Shown: one piece after another, positions 22,701-31,621 of the stretch
Position numbering within the stretch: the stretch's first letter is position 1
Layout of the letters: each line of letters starts with the position of its first letter
DNA from: a virus
Taxonomy: Duplodnaviria > Caudoviricetes
Virus record (IMG/VR): IMGVR_UViG_3300008097_000010
Coordinates: 1-47,159 of that record
DNA: 47,159 nucleotides
Direction: 5' to 3' (one strand)
Translations under genes and position numbers: made by a program
The notes under the pieces: generated by a model
Databases searched by the model: none
What the model saw: only the letters and a program-made list of their open reading frames with translations
What the model was told of the DNA's origin: nothing

Positions 22701-25700
22701 AAATTAATCTTATTTGCTCTACTTCCATTAACACCATCATAAGCTGATAGGAATACACTTCTTTCAACTGAACCATATTGTAATGGTAATGGCTCATTTT
22801 TAAAATCATTTTCAGTATTTACAATCTCAAGATGAGATTGTACTTCTACAACAGAAGAATTCCATTCTACATCTGGATAGAAATTAAATACTATATCATT
22901 TCCAGTAGTAACAGTACCAAATGTTCCAATACCACTCATAGAATCAATAGCAGTAAATGGATACTGAACAGTAATAGCATCACCATTAACATCCTGTATT
23001 ACTGTAACTTGATGAACTGCTGATATATCTTCAGAAGAAACCCTAATAATACCCTTAATACTACTGTCAATTAAATTGTTAATAGTAGTAATTGTTATTG
23101 GTGAGGATCCAGAATGTCTGCTATTATATGTTGTTTCTATTCTTGCAGTTCTTTCTGCACCTTCAGGTTGTCCTGGAGTGGTAAACCTATGTGTTCCAAT
23201 ACCAGACTCTCCTGCTGATGTAGCACCAAATCCAACAATACTTGCATTAACCGAAAGTTTTTGTATCTTATCATTTTCACAATCAAGATATACTTTTCCT
23301 GAATCATATCTTGCAGTAATAACACCTACTTTAGTTGCACTATAACTAACATCCAAACTATCTGTATAAATTTCAGATATATGTGTTTGAGTTCCATCAA
23401 AATCAACAATAACTTCACTATAATTAATCTTCTTAGTTACATCATTTTGAACAAAAAGACTTGCATGTAAAGAATTAAAATCAGTTGCATCAAATTCTGC
23501 AATTGTAGTAGTTGTAAAACCAACAGTGGTAGTTCCTATACCAACATTTTTTCCAACTAAATCTATAGAACCGATTTGTTTTGTTCCTTCAATAATAGAA
23601 TCTGTATTAAAATATGTTTTAAGAACTTTAATATCATGATCCTTATCATACTTATCAGTTGGAACAAATTGTAATGTTTTTCTTCCAAAGGAATCGGCTT
23701 CTGCAGTAAAATCACCCAATCTCATATTTGTAAAATCAGATGCTTTATCAACCAAGAATGCATCATTGGTAGTAGTTAATACTGCTATTTCAGAAACTTG
23801 AGTATCAAAAGTATCTGGATCTGTTATTTGTATTAAATATTTGGAGAATTTACTGGTTATTTCTTCAACCTCAGTAAATAAATCTTGAATACCTTTACTT
23901 GAGAACCTTGGACTAATATCATCATGTAATAAAACTCTATTTGTCTTACACTTAGTATAATCAGTTAATTTTAAGTTTTCAAACTGTATAAATTTGGATT
24001 TCGTCTCTCTTGAATCATAATCAGTAACAAAATCAATATTATTAATAGTATCAACTCTTCTTTCACCAACTACATCCAAAATAACAAGAGGATCAGAAGA
24101 TTGTGTACCAATAATATCAGTTTGAACACTTGAAGTTATACCAACATCAGCAAAATTTTTCAATCCAGAAGGATGAACTAATCTATTAACTGGATCAACA
24201 AATTGATCCCAAGTAATATCACTCTTAACAGAGTATGATAAATTTTGATAATAATCATTATTTTCAATAACTTGGAAATCTTCACTTATTTTTCCAATAT
24301 CATCAACCCAACCATAATCTTGACGATTTGAATAATCTACACCAAATTTTGCTTTATTTTCAATTATAGAAACTACAGTAGCACTAACATTACTATTAGT
24401 CCCACTAATACGATCACCAACCTTTAATTCAAAAGTACCATCAACTTTAACAAAATCATCTCTTGAATCTACAATACTAACATCTCTTTGAGTAAATTTA
24501 CCATTAGCACCAAGAACAAATAATCTCTCATTAGTTTCAAAAGATCCTCTTTCCTGAATACTTTCAAGTACTGGATAATTTGATCTATTAATTATATTTG
24601 CGTATCCAGACTGGAATGTTTTTGCAATACCAGGATTAGTCGATAATCCAATCAAATTATATTTTAATACAGCTGGATTTGAATTTACAAAATCATCAAC
24701 TTTAAAGAATCTATACTGATAATCTGATGAGTTATATCCATCACCACCAGTAGCAACACCAACAGAAGATGATGTTTGTGTACCTATTCCAGATTCACCA
24801 AATAATTCTATACCTTCAACGAAAATTTCATCTCCAATCGCAAATGGTGGAGTAGTAAATCCATTAATTGGTGTACTTAAAATACAAGTAACAATACCTG
24901 ATCCACCTCCAGTCATGGAATTAATTCCAACACCATTAGAATTATTAACTGCAATTACTCTATGATTAACAGAATTTAATCCTTGAACTGGTGCTATTAC
25001 TTCAATTTCTGAAACAGATTGATGAGGTGTATGTGCTATTAATGATGTTTCATCAACAACTTTATTATTTTGTGGGTCATATACAATTAAATCAGGAGAA
25101 CTTAAATATTCAGATCCACCATTAATAATATTAACTGATTTAAGACTGTCTAAATTATCAATCCTAATTATAGGAGGTACATATGCTTCTGGACTTAATG
25201 TTTTATCAGAACTATATTCATAACCAATATCAAGAATTCTAACATCCTTAATTCTTCCAATAGAAGTTGATAATGCTACAATATTAGCATTTTTACCATC
25301 ATCACTTACAATTGATTTAAATTTTGGAAGAGATTTGTAATTATATCCACTTGATAATAATTTTATTTCTTTAATTGCACCAGTTACATTCTTAGATTCT
25401 GTTGAATATTCAAGTTTTTCACATTGATCATCGTTATAATGTAAAGATTCTGGGATAGATCTTGGAGAAATCTTATAAGTGTCAGAAGTTATACCAAATA
25501 CTTTATAGTCTCCACTATAAAGACTATCAACAAAATTTATTTGAGAATAATCTGGAACACCTACATCACAAGTACTAATGAACCCATTTCTAGTTAATCC
25601 ATAATATAATTTTAATGGTGCTGACTCTGAATAAGATAATTGTACTGTTGTTGCACCAACACTAACATTAAATAAATTACTATCTTGAGAACTATTAAAT

Positions 25701-28700
25701 TCATTTTTAAATTCTTTATCATAAAATACCTTAAGTTCATAATTCTCTAAAGAACTGTCAATTGTACTAAATGTTAATTTAGAATTTTTTGGTACATTTA
25801 TTGGAGGATTAACTAAAGCAACACTATGATCAGAACCACCTGTAGAAGTAAGATCAATGGTTAATGATGGATCAACTTGAACATCTTTTAATGTTTGAGC
25901 AAATCTAACTTTACTTGAATCAACCTTAGAGATATAATAACATTGACGACTTAATCCCCCTACTGGTTGATCACTATCATAAAAAACTTTTTCACCTGTT
26001 TTATATCCATGATTCTCAATAGTAATAGTATTATTGATAGTGTCAACATCAGTATCATTAAATCTAACTCTATTAATTAATAATTTCTGGAATTCTTCAT
26101 TATAAGATAGTGTTAATGGTGCAGTACTACCTAACCCTACGACACTATTAGGAACTACATCTAAACTAATAATATCACCATTAGATAATCCATGATCAGA
26201 TGTATTTGCAGCACCAATTTTAACCTCAACAGTAGAAATAATTTTACTAATATTACCAGTTACCTGATTATGATTAGATTCTAAAACATATTCAAAATCA
26301 TTAGAACCATTGCCGTGGAAAAATAGACCATCACCAGCAGTGTTTGCTATACCTACTTGAGTTGCAAGTCCAATATAATTTTGCCCCTTATTAATTGCAT
26401 ATACAGTCTCTATATCAGTAGTTACATTAGGTATATTAAACAAATTAGTTGGATGTTGAGTATCACCTACAATGAATGATGTTGCTGTTCCTTTTTTCCT
26501 AAGAGTTAATTTTTGTCCAGTCTTAAATGGATGATTTGGTAGATATATTGTTCTTGTTGGGATAGGTACAGTTTTTGTAACCTCTCCAATAGTATAATCA
26601 ACACTTATACCACCACCAACAGTTGTTCCAAGACCAACTGATTGATGACCATTAAAATAAATTAGATCATTTACCTTAGATTTAAATTCTTTAGTTTTAA
26701 CAGGAATAGTAACACTACGATTTAATACATCTATCTTTGAACTATAAGTATGAGCAGCACCTACTCCATACCTCTTAACTCTTAAGATAGATCCCATATC
26801 ATATATGTTCAATACCTTAACAGTCTCAATGTCATTAATTTTAAGTGATGATCCAATTGATACTGTATTTGGTATGATATTAACATAAATGTCCTCAACA
26901 ACTCCATTAACAAGAGAATTAACAGACATTGTTTTTGCTAATCCAATAACATTAGTACTAATACCAACTTTAAACGAATCTGTTAAATGTACAATAGAAC
27001 TACTTAAACCAGAAATTGATACTGTATCTTGATCATTTAATTCTATAAATGGGGTATAATCTGCAATTACTGTATTTTCAGAATCCCATAAGAATACTGC
27101 ATTTTCAGAAGTTTCTAATTGTGTATCAATACTAGAAACACCAATACCTGCTATTGAATGAACTTCTCCCCTAACTCCCATTCCATTAGTTTTTTCATTA
27201 TCAAATACTGTATAATCACCAACTTTATAACCATCACCACCATCTAATACCTGTAAAAAGTCTACTACACCAGAAGTTACTGATTCTACTTTCGTAAGTT
27301 GTCTAACAGTTTCATTAGATTCTACAATATAATCATTATTAGCAAATTCATCACCAACTTTATATGGGAATGTATTTCTAACTATATCTGTATTATTAAA
27401 ATCAAAATCATGAGTTAACGTTGTATCCGTAGAAATGAACTCTGATCTATAAGTATTTCCAACAAAATATGGATATGATGAATCTATTGCACCTGTAGAA
27501 GCATTTGTTGATATTCCAGCAAAATATGCATATGTTCCATTAGGAAATTCTGGTGTTTTACAGAATCTTCCATTATGAGAATCCAAATCACCAATATCTT
27601 CATATTGATAATCTTCTATAAAGAATCCTTCGGGGAAAATATCAACATTATTTGGATATTTAAATGAAGGTCTATTAAAAACTTTACTTGAATCTAATAA
27701 ATATCCAGAAGTTACAATACCTACAGAAGATGTATTATCTGGATTAGCATATCCATAAGGTCCATATATTGGATTCCCATCATATGCCCATCCTATTATT
27801 GGAGAATGCTTAGTTCCATCGTCATCGAATGCATCCGATATATTTTGATTATACCCTATTAAACTCAAATATACTGAATCAGATCCCTCAGAATTCAAAG
27901 AATATTCACTTTCCTTCTTCTTCGTATCTACTGTAAGTCTTCTAACTCTTGATTCAAATAAAGCATTAAGTCCTCTTGATTCTGAATATACATTAACAGA
28001 ACCTGAAGTATATCCAATACCACTATTAACAATAACTACATCAATTAACTTTCCATCACTAATAACAGGTCTAATAACAGCACCATTTCCAAACACACCA
28101 GTTGTTGTAATTCCTGTAGTTTCTATAACAATTTTTGGTGAAGAATAATATTCTGATCCCTTATTTAATACTTGGACATCTACTATTTTTCCATCAACAA
28201 CAGATGGTTTTAATTCAGCACCTTTTCCATTCTCTATTGTTACAATTGGATTCTTCTCAAGATTAAGAATACTTGATCCATATCCAACTCCATTATCATA
28301 AAGATAAGTATCAATAATACTACCAGTAACAACTGGAGTTAATATATTTTCATATGAACCAGTTATGGTTGATGCATATGCAACATCTATATGAACTTTA
28401 ATATCAGGATATTTAAATGTCTGATATCCTGTACCAGTAGATCCTAAACCAACATAATCACCACGATCATAATTATCCTTTCCATCTGCAATTCTAAAGG
28501 AATTGCTATCCAATTTCATAATATAATATGAATTATTGGCAGTCAAACCATCAATTGCTTTTGGATATGTACTTCCAATACCAACTGTTGGTGAATATTC
28601 AACGATATCACCATTATTAAATCCATGATTCGTAAAGTTTATACTATCAAATGTAGTTGATATTCCTGAAGGATTTACATTTAATTTTCTATATTGATAA

Positions 28701-31618
28701 TCAGAACCAGATTCAATAACTTTAATTGATTTTAATACATTCTTAGAATTTGTTCTAAACTTATGAATACCACTAGCAGTAGTTGCAGTAGAAATACCAA
28801 TAGTATTAATACCACTCATAGCATCACTATAATTTTTATATAATGTTATTGTTTTTGAATTAACAACTCTAACATTATATGGTGCTCCATTAGATAAAGT
28901 TCCAGTAGGTGTATTAGTAACATCATATGCAGGACCAACACCTATTTCAGCATTACCATTACTATTATAATAAATTGCCTCACCATTAGTTAAATAATGA
29001 TCTTTTTTAAATGTTATAGTTTCATTTTCTTTTGATATTCCACCTGCAAAAAATACATCTCTACTATCAAAATCTAATTCTCTAAATCTCTGTCCAACAA
29101 TAGGTTCTAATCTACATCCAGATCCATTACCACCAGTTAATGATAATGAAACAACTCTATCAATATCAAAATCATGTGGATCAACAAAAACTTCCTTAAC
29201 AGATCCACTAACTATTGGTTCAATATATGCTGTAGAACCACTACCAACAGGAGATTCAATTGTTAATCTTGGTGGATTAATAATATCATATTCATCACCA
29301 CTATTAAATGTATCAACAGATGTTAATGGACCATAATAAACATAATTATTGGAAATTGGTGATCTTATTTGAACACCATCAATTAATACACCAACATTAT
29401 TAAGAGGTATATTATTTTCACCACTATTAACTGGTTCATGATCTAATCTAAATCTTCTTAAAATTTGATTAGGTGCAAGTTTTTTACCAAATCCTGTTGT
29501 TTTATCATAATGGTCTGATAAAATAAATTCATGAGGACCTGTAGCAACTGAATCTGTACCTAATCCTATAGATTGTGTTTTATTTCCAACTTGTCCCCTT
29601 GATCGGTATAATCTAATTTCAGCATCAGTTTCTGTTGATGAAAGAACTTCAACATAATAATTTTCACCAGAGGTCAATCCATCTAAATCTGTTCCATGAG
29701 ATCTATAAATTATAGAGTCTCCAGTTAAGAATTTAATAGGATTATCAATCTTAATTGTATGATATGTACCGTCAACTTCGTGCTTCTCTACAATTATTTC
29801 ATACGAACCATTAGGAATTGTTGAAGAATTTATATTAATATTGTTTAAAGTATAACTTGGTAAAGAGTTTGATGCAACATAACCTTCTTTGTCACCATCA
29901 ACATATACGTTTAAAACATCAGAAATAATATTATTATTTCCATGAATTAATTCAATATCATTACTTGATGCCTTTCTTATATTTCTTCTAATATCATATT
30001 CTGTTGTTAATGGTGAGGAAGAACTTGGCAACCCACTACCAGCTAAAGTGATAGAATTTTCATCAACAATACTATCAACAACTGCATTTGCTACTACAGT
30101 GTTGCTATTTCTTTTTAAAACATCTACATTATCATTTAATTTTAAACTTGATTTATCAATAGAACTTCCTAAAGTAAAGGTACTTCCATTAATTGAATTA
30201 ATTTGATATCTTGATTTTGTATTATAAATCCAAGAGTTTGCAAATATTTCCTTATATGTTGCATCAGTATCAATAAATGTATATGGATACTTTGATATAC
30301 TTTTTATAGATTCTCCAACATTTTTAACATATATTCTTTCATCTTCTTGTATTAGTGAAACATCAGATACAATTTTAAAATCTGATAAAACACCAGTAAT
30401 TCTTAACTCAACTTTTTCTTCTATATTACCATCAGCATATCCATAAATTACTTCATCAGATCTCAAATCAGATGATATTCCTACAATATTATTAACTCCA
30501 CTACAACCAAAGAATTGATTTATACTTTTTGATGTGTATGTAATTATATTTTTACTACCATTAGTCCCCTCATTTATTAATATACCAGACTTGGCAAACC
30601 CAACAGTAGAATCAACCGAAATAATAGAAGATCCAACAGGAACTTGATCTAAAGATTTTGTTTTACCTGGAATTGTAAATGTTCCTTCTATTAAATCTCT
30701 ATCATCAAATCCAACAAATAATGAAAGTTTATAATAAGGTTTATTATCTCTTGTAAGAATTTCAACCTCAGAAACTGAAGCATATGTTAAAGGATCTGTT
30801 GATTTGTATATCGTTTGCCCAACTAATTTGGATGGATCAAGATCAAGAGTTAATAAATCTGCAATAATTACTTCTCTACGAATAAATTCTGATGATGATG
30901 GTTTAATTAAACGATCTTCTAAATCTACTATTGTAGCATCAACACCATATAGAAGTTTAAATAAAATTCTAATTGATTCCTGAATACCTTTTGATTGATA
31001 GAAAGATCTTGCATGTTTTATAAAATTACCAACATCAATACTTTCATGAAAATCATTATCTTCTAATCCAGGTAAGAATGTCTTCTTTAACTTTCTATAA
31101 AATTCCTGTAGAAATAATACACTTAAATTAGTAACAACACCATCGGAAATATGAGTATCTGCTTTTGTACTCTCAAATATTAATGTATCTTTATTAATAT
31201 TATTGAAAAAAGATGAAATTCCTACATTATATCCAGTTACTCCACTAAAACCACGAATACAACCAGTAAAAGTAGTATCTGTTTTTCCAGTATATGTTAT
31301 TATTTCATCATCAATTTTTAATAATCCATATGTATCTGGATATCCTTTTGTAGATAAAACATTAATAGTTGTATCTGATAAAGAAACTGAAGAAGTTAAA
31401 GTCGTTTTTCCAAATATAACTTCAGGAACTAAATTATCAACTTTAAGATATTGATCAAAATTAGAGATTAAATCAATACTACCACCTTGAAATTCCTGAG
31501 ACAGATAATACTGTTTAAAAAAGTCTGTTGCAATAGGAAAATCATCAACCAAAAAACTTGGAAGTTGATTTTCTATTATCTCATTTAATTTTATTCTTCT
31601 ATCAATACCTACAACCAT
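16727..31618 (-). CDS. gp7: Giant baseplate wedge initiator-like protein (4963 aa)
   Basis: Lies between gp6 and gp8. QLPSFL..DFP...F..YY and FYQSKG...S..ILFKLLYG N-terminus, DYYQNLSYSVKS...LVHPSG, a YHYH-type segment, and many HG..GD and GxGY repeats. Confidence 0.88.
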   Translation of the reverse strand: MVVGIDRRIKLNEIIENQLPSFLVDDFPIATDFFKQYYLSQEFQGGSIDLISNFDQYLKVDNLVPEVIFGKTTLTSSVSLSDTTINVLSTKGYPDTYGLLKIDDEIITYTGKTDTTFTGCIRGFSGVTGYNVGISSFFNNINKDTLIFESTKADTHISDGVVTNLSVLFLQEFYRKLKKTFLPGLEDNDFHESIDVGNFIKHARSFYQSKGIQESIRILFKLLYGVDATIVDLEDRLIKPSSSEFIRREVIIADLLTLDLDPSKLVGQTIYKSTDPLTYASVSEVEILTRDNKPYYKLSLFVGFDDRDLIEGTFTIPGKTKSLDQVPVGSSIISVDSTVGFAKSGILINEGTNGSKNIITYTSKSINQFFGCSGVNNIVGISSDLRSDEVIYGYADGNIEEKVELRITGVLSDFKIVSDVSLIQEDERIYVKNVGESIKSISKYPYTFIDTDATYKEIFANSWIYNTKSRYQINSINGSTFTLGSSIDKSSLKLNDNVDVLKRNSNTVVANAVVDSIVDENSITLAGSGLPSSSSPLTTEYDIRRNIRKASSNDIELIHGNNNIISDVLNVYVDGDKEGYVASNSLPSYTLNNININSSTIPNGSYEIIVEKHEVDGTYHTIKIDNPIKFLTGDSIIYRSHGTDLDGLTSGENYYVEVLSSTETDAEIRLYRSRGQVGNKTQSIGLGTDSVATGPHEFILSDHYDKTTGFGKKLAPNQILRRFRLDHEPVNSGENNIPLNNVGVLIDGVQIRSPISNNYVYYGPLTSVDTFNSGDEYDIINPPRLTIESPVGSGSTAYIEPIVSGSVKEVFVDPHDFDIDRVVSLSLTGGNGSGCRLEPIVGQRFRELDFDSRDVFFAGGISKENETITFKKDHYLTNGEAIYYNSNGNAEIGVGPAYDVTNTPTGTLSNGAPYNVRVVNSKTITLYKNYSDAMSGINTIGISTATTASGIHKFRTNSKNVLKSIKVIESGSDYQYRKLNVNPSGISTTFDSINFTNHGFNNGDIVEYSPTVGIGSTYPKAIDGLTANNSYYIMKLDSNSFRIADGKDNYDRGDYVGLGSTGTGYQTFKYPDIKVHIDVAYASTITGSYENILTPVVTGSIIDTYLYDNGVGYGSSILNLEKNPIVTIENGKGAELKPSVVDGKIVDVQVLNKGSEYYSSPKIVIETTGITTTGVFGNGAVIRPVISDGKLIDVVIVNSGIGYTSGSVNVYSESRGLNALFESRVRRLTVDTKKKESEYSLNSEGSDSVYLSLIGYNQNISDAFDDDGTKHSPIIGWAYDGNPIYGPYGYANPDNTSSVGIVTSGYLLDSSKVFNRPSFKYPNNVDIFPEGFFIEDYQYEDIGDLDSHNGRFCKTPEFPNGTYAYFAGISTNASTGAIDSSYPYFVGNTYRSEFISTDTTLTHDFDFNNTDIVRNTFPYKVGDEFANNDYIVESNETVRQLTKVESVTSGVVDFLQVLDGGDGYKVGDYTVFDNEKTNGMGVRGEVHSIAGIGVSSIDTQLETSENAVFLWDSENTVIADYTPFIELNDQDTVSISGLSSSIVHLTDSFKVGISTNVIGLAKTMSVNSLVNGVVEDIYVNIIPNTVSIGSSLKINDIETVKVLNIYDMGSILRVKRYGVGAAHTYSSKIDVLNRSVTIPVKTKEFKSKVNDLIYFNGHQSVGLGTTVGGGISVDYTIGEVTKTVPIPTRTIYLPNHPFKTGQKLTLRKKGTATSFIVGDTQHPTNLFNIPNVTTDIETVYAINKGQNYIGLATQVGIANTAGDGLFFHGNGSNDFEYVLESNHNQVTGNISKIISTVEVKIGAANTSDHGLSNGDIISLDVVPNSVVGLGSTAPLTLSYNEEFQKLLINRVRFNDTDVDTINNTITIENHGYKTGEKVFYDSDQPVGGLSRQCYYISKVDSSKVRFAQTLKDVQVDPSLTIDLTSTGGSDHSVALVNPPINVPKNSKLTFSTIDSSLENYELKVFYDKEFKNEFNSSQDSNLFNVSVGATTVQLSYSESAPLKLYYGLTRNGFISTCDVGVPDYSQINFVDSLYSGDYKVFGITSDTYKISPRSIPESLHYNDDQCEKLEYSTESKNVTGAIKEIKLLSSGYNYKSLPKFKSIVSDDGKNANIVALSTSIGRIKDVRILDIGYEYSSDKTLSPEAYVPPIIRIDNLDSLKSVNIINGGSEYLSSPDLIVYDPQNNKVVDETSLIAHTPHQSVSEIEVIAPVQGLNSVNHRVIAVNNSNGVGINSMTGGGSGIVTCILSTPINGFTTPPFAIGDEIFVEGIELFGESGIGTQTSSSVGVATGGDGYNSSDYQYRFFKVDDFVNSNPAVLKYNLIGLSTNPGIAKTFQSGYANIINRSNYPVLESIQERGSFETNERLFVLGANGKFTQRDVSIVDSRDDFVKVDGTFELKVGDRISGTNSNVSATVVSIIENKAKFGVDYSNRQDYGWVDDIGKISEDFQVIENNDYYQNLSYSVKSDITWDQFVDPVNRLVHPSGLKNFADVGITSSVQTDIIGTQSSDPLVILDVVGERRVDTINNIDFVTDYDSRETKSKFIQFENLKLTDYTKCKTNRVLLHDDISPRFSSKGIQDLFTEVEEITSKFSKYLIQITDPDTFDTQVSEIAVLTTTNDAFLVDKASDFTNMRLGDFTAEADSFGRKTLQFVPTDKYDKDHDIKVLKTYFNTDSIIEGTKQIGSIDLVGKNVGIGTTTVGFTTTTIAEFDATDFNSLHASLFVQNDVTKKINYSEVIVDFDGTQTHISEIYTDSLDVSYSATKVGVITARYDSGKVYLDCENDKIQKLSVNASIVGFGATSAGESGIGTHRFTTPGQPEGAERTARIETTYNSRHSGSSPITITTINNLIDSSIKGIIRVSSEDISAVHQVTVIQDVNGDAITVQYPFTAIDSMSGIGTFGTVTTGNDIVFNFYPDVEWNSSVVEVQSHLEIVNTENDFKNEPLPLQYGSVERSVFLSAYDGVNGSRANKINFDLEHENVPIYSKTFNPADTTQLDKVTGIFTIPNHFFNTNEELEYEPASTFVGVGATGVSIGQTTTNAGLTTDILPTTVFVNVIDENKFKLYSRLEYISSGVGITFTGVGEGNAHKIGMKKKLSKTVIGLDGIVQQPITFTSIKHNLENNIGAGTSQFVLSGISSVQPRDVLKIDNEYMKVEQVGFASVGLGTINDSKDVALGICTLPVVRVARGSLGISAADHNADSEVRVHRGSFNIVDSTVWFLDPPKGNTRERRSITNLPYVRAEFSGRTFLRSNYDTNMVFDDISDVFTGIGRTYTMTVGGANTTTGVGIGNGILFINGVFQTPLTINNSGNNYEFNNDTVAGISSVIFTGISSENGQKIQSVFDINQNQLPRGGLIVSMGSTPGLGYAPLVGGNVKVDLKDNSNLFTAGSLNGIVGVGTSSGKNLGIQTAAYNYRTGIITVTTNDVHGFSGDLPTTVKLKGLEFTCPTKTVGQPVTGTSYDPSTGDLTIKIVNHGLQDGDAIKFKKESLSFKCQYGVNSAHTWSGGTATNAVTINGSVQKDVTSAAYDPATGLCVMNIGTHTFTTSDTVTIGAGKLSFTCTADGGTSVKTYPRSTDPAYNTAIAIVAVDQSSGSITANVGAVSGNVAKTYPRETDPAYDKYLYINTVTPDTFKVNVLLSTTPTNTDTHTFLLASPDAVQTLNYVGVTTSIFQDHERPLFVVGIVSERSFEVNAGITTIHHEFQESPSAYAYEYYADLTTGSGYRSPVAIGVTDIEYDHKFIESTNNSINIDGAGNLTPTDAIYESFSGNLILTVGNHNLTAATAHKADTASYNPTTGKLTVTMAGHTFNNNDWVKVKDHSIVFTCGMDNDTSTHSYPRESDPISGKWIQVSNKQTNTFDLDVGTSPEVTFTPTDANYDPVTGLMELTIGSHTLRPGTHVRLLEESIKFTCDVDNNTSEKAYPRATDPYHNTAIKIESVTTNTITLKVLTNIPSSNTTKHTFKSALNASVKTGGNYTHLFASSADGGILKATSVVTVVDNSLTFTCSRDNHLGKHTYPRTTDPASNAKLGLESVTNNTITINVGSGGGGGTGGIVEATIAPNKHKFVSALPGVAYTGLIEKNADNVDYDPATGWMQVTSPSHGFVGCSTITPTTVAYNKNNGVLTITKNGHGFVVGDSILIEDNSLTFTCSKDNHTTKHHYPRPTDYASGRWLTITNKTINTFKVNVNPNPSDNKFDHQYTHIVDGCIYKANQIIGIATESITLTCAHDQHQTLHTYPRTTDPVHNVGVPVGKSSTDWFRVNVGKSPAGTGGALDFTIKNAGGRYVNPQLQVEDPVYENLPVVGVSRLGIGLTADTGENLLVNLSVGAAATTVGTARSMFEISDFKIARPGHSFKIGDKFKPIGLVHDKRLQKPLQEFELEVVETFSDFFSAWQFGELDFIDSVGSLQNGVRKRFPLFFNGQLLSFEIDETAKLSSQIDLNAVLLIFVNGVLQTPNISYQFQGGTTFVFTEAPMDSDKVDIFFYKGQDGVDIEIVNVTETLKVGDSVRIRKHPKYLDENVDPYTETQETGRIIKEILGSDLIETTIYNGPGINEVTPKPLEWTKQKVDRWIKGDLISKSRETIEPQVYPTARIIGDVKVDTGTTAGVDDGIFVDDAESFFYEEGPLHLSLDDRYGINIISVDALMMPSKDAVSAGFTAIVNNSGQIGSLDITNVGSGYTDGNNYQLSFSGIHTSVGSGVTASATATILNGSVTGTTITNPGSGYTHSAPPQVLIKSVEYTTEQLTEIQNVQGFAGIITGISTTTGTNGHPLALKFYFYADKNATDLKVGYPVLIKDTEFNLSGIVTTGAHLPFNDGSYQQTNNRWTAAKGGAAVTSVDNNDNEIVSIGSTYLDNIYKVASVYVEDQRAEITCNILSTTDTIVGFAVSGYYDGYTSSANSGLTTSFGRISWGRIYNGKRSSNPISIGVTGLTVDAGLTTFPTIQRRNYGGLNSLQGLRNTGAIRVQI
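18830..21400 (-). repeat. Eight protein-level repeat units (Y(D/N)PxTG...H...FTC...YPRxTDP) inside gp7
   Basis: The translation shows eight N-terminal motifs, eight FTC-type motifs and seven YPRx(T/S)D motifs. Confidence 0.85.
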
Positions 31619-31621
31619 TCT

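Noticed and set aside
1251-31454. Plus-strand and alternate-frame ORFs in the track overlapping structural genes (e.g. 1251, 2892, 2963, 6706, 6954, 8017, 9578, 10638, 12140, 18369, 22832, 23076, 23137, 31203)
   Set aside because: They are shadows of well-supported minus-strand genes, with no motifs or expression signals.
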